From Blasia pusilla (lineage: Eukaryota), in the NCBI GenBank assembly GCA_050084515.1, contig CM114271.1, positions 29,574,001 through 29,638,000 of the forward strand: a DNA stretch of 64,000 nucleotides. Direction: 5' to 3'. Shown piece after piece: positions 62,286 to 64,000 of this stretch (within the stretch, counting starts at the first letter, position 1; the number at the start of each line of letters is the position of its first letter). The notes beneath the pieces are model-generated. The model did not search any database. It saw nothing but the letters and a program-made list of their open reading frames with translations, and was not told where the DNA came from. Made by a program: the position numbers and the translations under genes.

Positions 62286-64000
62286 AAACCGCTAGGAAAT
62301 GTGAGCTTTCTTTCACTGAATCGTGAAAGTTAACTATCTGGTGAAATTATGATGTAGGGAAGATGGATATTCCGGCGGAGAAGAATTGTCTTCATTCAGT
62401 ACTCGTTGTTTCGCTGTGTTTATGGATGTAGATGTAAGCGGATTTTCATTTTGGATATCCAGATTAGTAATCTCTGGACATTCGTTCTTACGCTTTACGC
62501 TTCCCAAGTCGGATCTGAGCTGTGATTGTGTGAACAGCTTCTAGAATTCCACCTTGACCTACAGACTTTATTCGCCAGTCTGGTCTTTTCATAATATGAG
62601 CTATGGAGTGAGATCTTATGTGAGCGTGAAGCACACATGGAAAATCGCGGCGACTCTGACTCATTAATTGCCTTTCGTATAGGGGAATAATGAGTTTTCC
62701 ACGGCACACAAATGGAAAGCATTATTAAAGTCCGTGTTTCGTCAAGTTCCACGTACCTACGGTGTTCTAAAAGCAGCGTACACAAGTGTCTAAAAGTAGA
62801 TGGGGAATTCACAGGAATTATGAAAGGGGGACTTAACCTAATAGGGATTCACTTTTTTCCTTTTCAAAAGGAAACGGAGCCTCCTACAATTTAAACTCAC
62901 CAAAAGAGCCTCTAGCAATGACATCTATTATTGCATGAACTTGAAACCGATTTGCTTGGGCATGTCACAATAGTATGGCAATGGTGATTATAGAAGATAT
63001 TTATAATAAAGACGATGTGGTAACTAGAAACCATCCATCTGAAAGTGGAGATAACTAAGTTCACTTAGTGAGGAATGAGCAAAATTTACCCCCATAACCC
63101 CGTGAATATCTATGGCTAGTAAGTCTAATCGATGTTCTTTGTGTGGACGAGTATAAAGTTGGATCTTCTTGATCATCCCTTCTTGCAACCTCCCTCTTAT
63201 GCTACCACGTGTGCTTGAGTAGACTTGTTTAGCATTTGTAATTACAACAGCCACCATCACCTCACCTTTCGTGTCAGATAAAAATTAACACAAAATTTTG
63301 CATGGAGCATTGCATTTTGCTTTGCACAAGAATTATGAGAAATATAAAATAAAATATCCTACAGAATGTTAGAGTAGTTGAGTGGTAATCCTCTCATCCC
63401 CAATTATACGCCAAGCCAAATGCACACAAAGAGAATCCAAACTTTGGTTACATTCATAATGTGTCGAACCAAACATGGATGGTTAAAGGAGGCGAAGACA
63501 CATCGCTGAAGTGAAAGGAAGTGGTATGATACGGAAAATCAAAATGAGAGGGCAAGCACAAGCATCCATCCATGAGCTTGCCCTCTTTTTGGAGTAAGAA
63601 CAAGTGCAGGCTTGAACCTCAATGGGAATACCCTCATTGAACATAGTACCTTGTTGGAATGAATCTTCACTCTTAGCAATTTATTGAGCTTGAGCTTGAA
63701 CATTACACTCCAATAAGTGTTAGAGAGAGTTTGTATAAGTGCAAGAGTGAGGGCGAGGAGAGAAAGAGCTTTTAGAACACCTATTGCATGTTCTTATGTT
63801 CTTGCCTCCCCTTGATAACATGAAGAATAACGCCCACCTAAATGTTTCTCCTTTGAGTTCTTTCCTACCTTGCGGGAAAACAAAAACGTCCTTGATTTTC
63901 TTTCCTTACCAAATCTTTTGGTGTGGTATCTTCTTTCCCTCCCTTGACACCTTCAAAATTTCCACATGCAAGTAAAAAATCTTGGTGTGCACTCCATATC

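Overview
Eukaryotic land-plant genomic DNA, probably a seed-free plant given the animal-type TPC filter, the RLE-type LINE and the DNMT-bearing retroelement. It has three intact host genes: an intronless NDUFS6-like complex I subunit (minus strand), a 12-exon two-pore channel carrying the animal-like Na+-selective filter motifs TTAN/VVNN, and a 13-exon phosphoethanolamine N-methyltransferase preceded by its conserved peptide uORF. Most of the rest is nested, decayed transposons: Copia fragments and solo LTRs, a Helitron, an L1-like fragment and an RLE-type LINE. The most unusual element is a Ty3/Gypsy-like family present as one near-complete copy (41931-51630), one 5'-truncated copy (about 2313-6707) and a related gag fragment. 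Its pol region runs protease, cytosine-5 DNA methyltransferase, RT, RNase H, DDE integrase, PHD finger. Instead of two conventional LTRs it has split direct repeats (A...B-A-B) with an internal CA-AC-TG junction, no tRNA primer site and a 4-bp target-site duplication. Both copies are inactivated. All calls come from manual motif reading, and no database searches were run.
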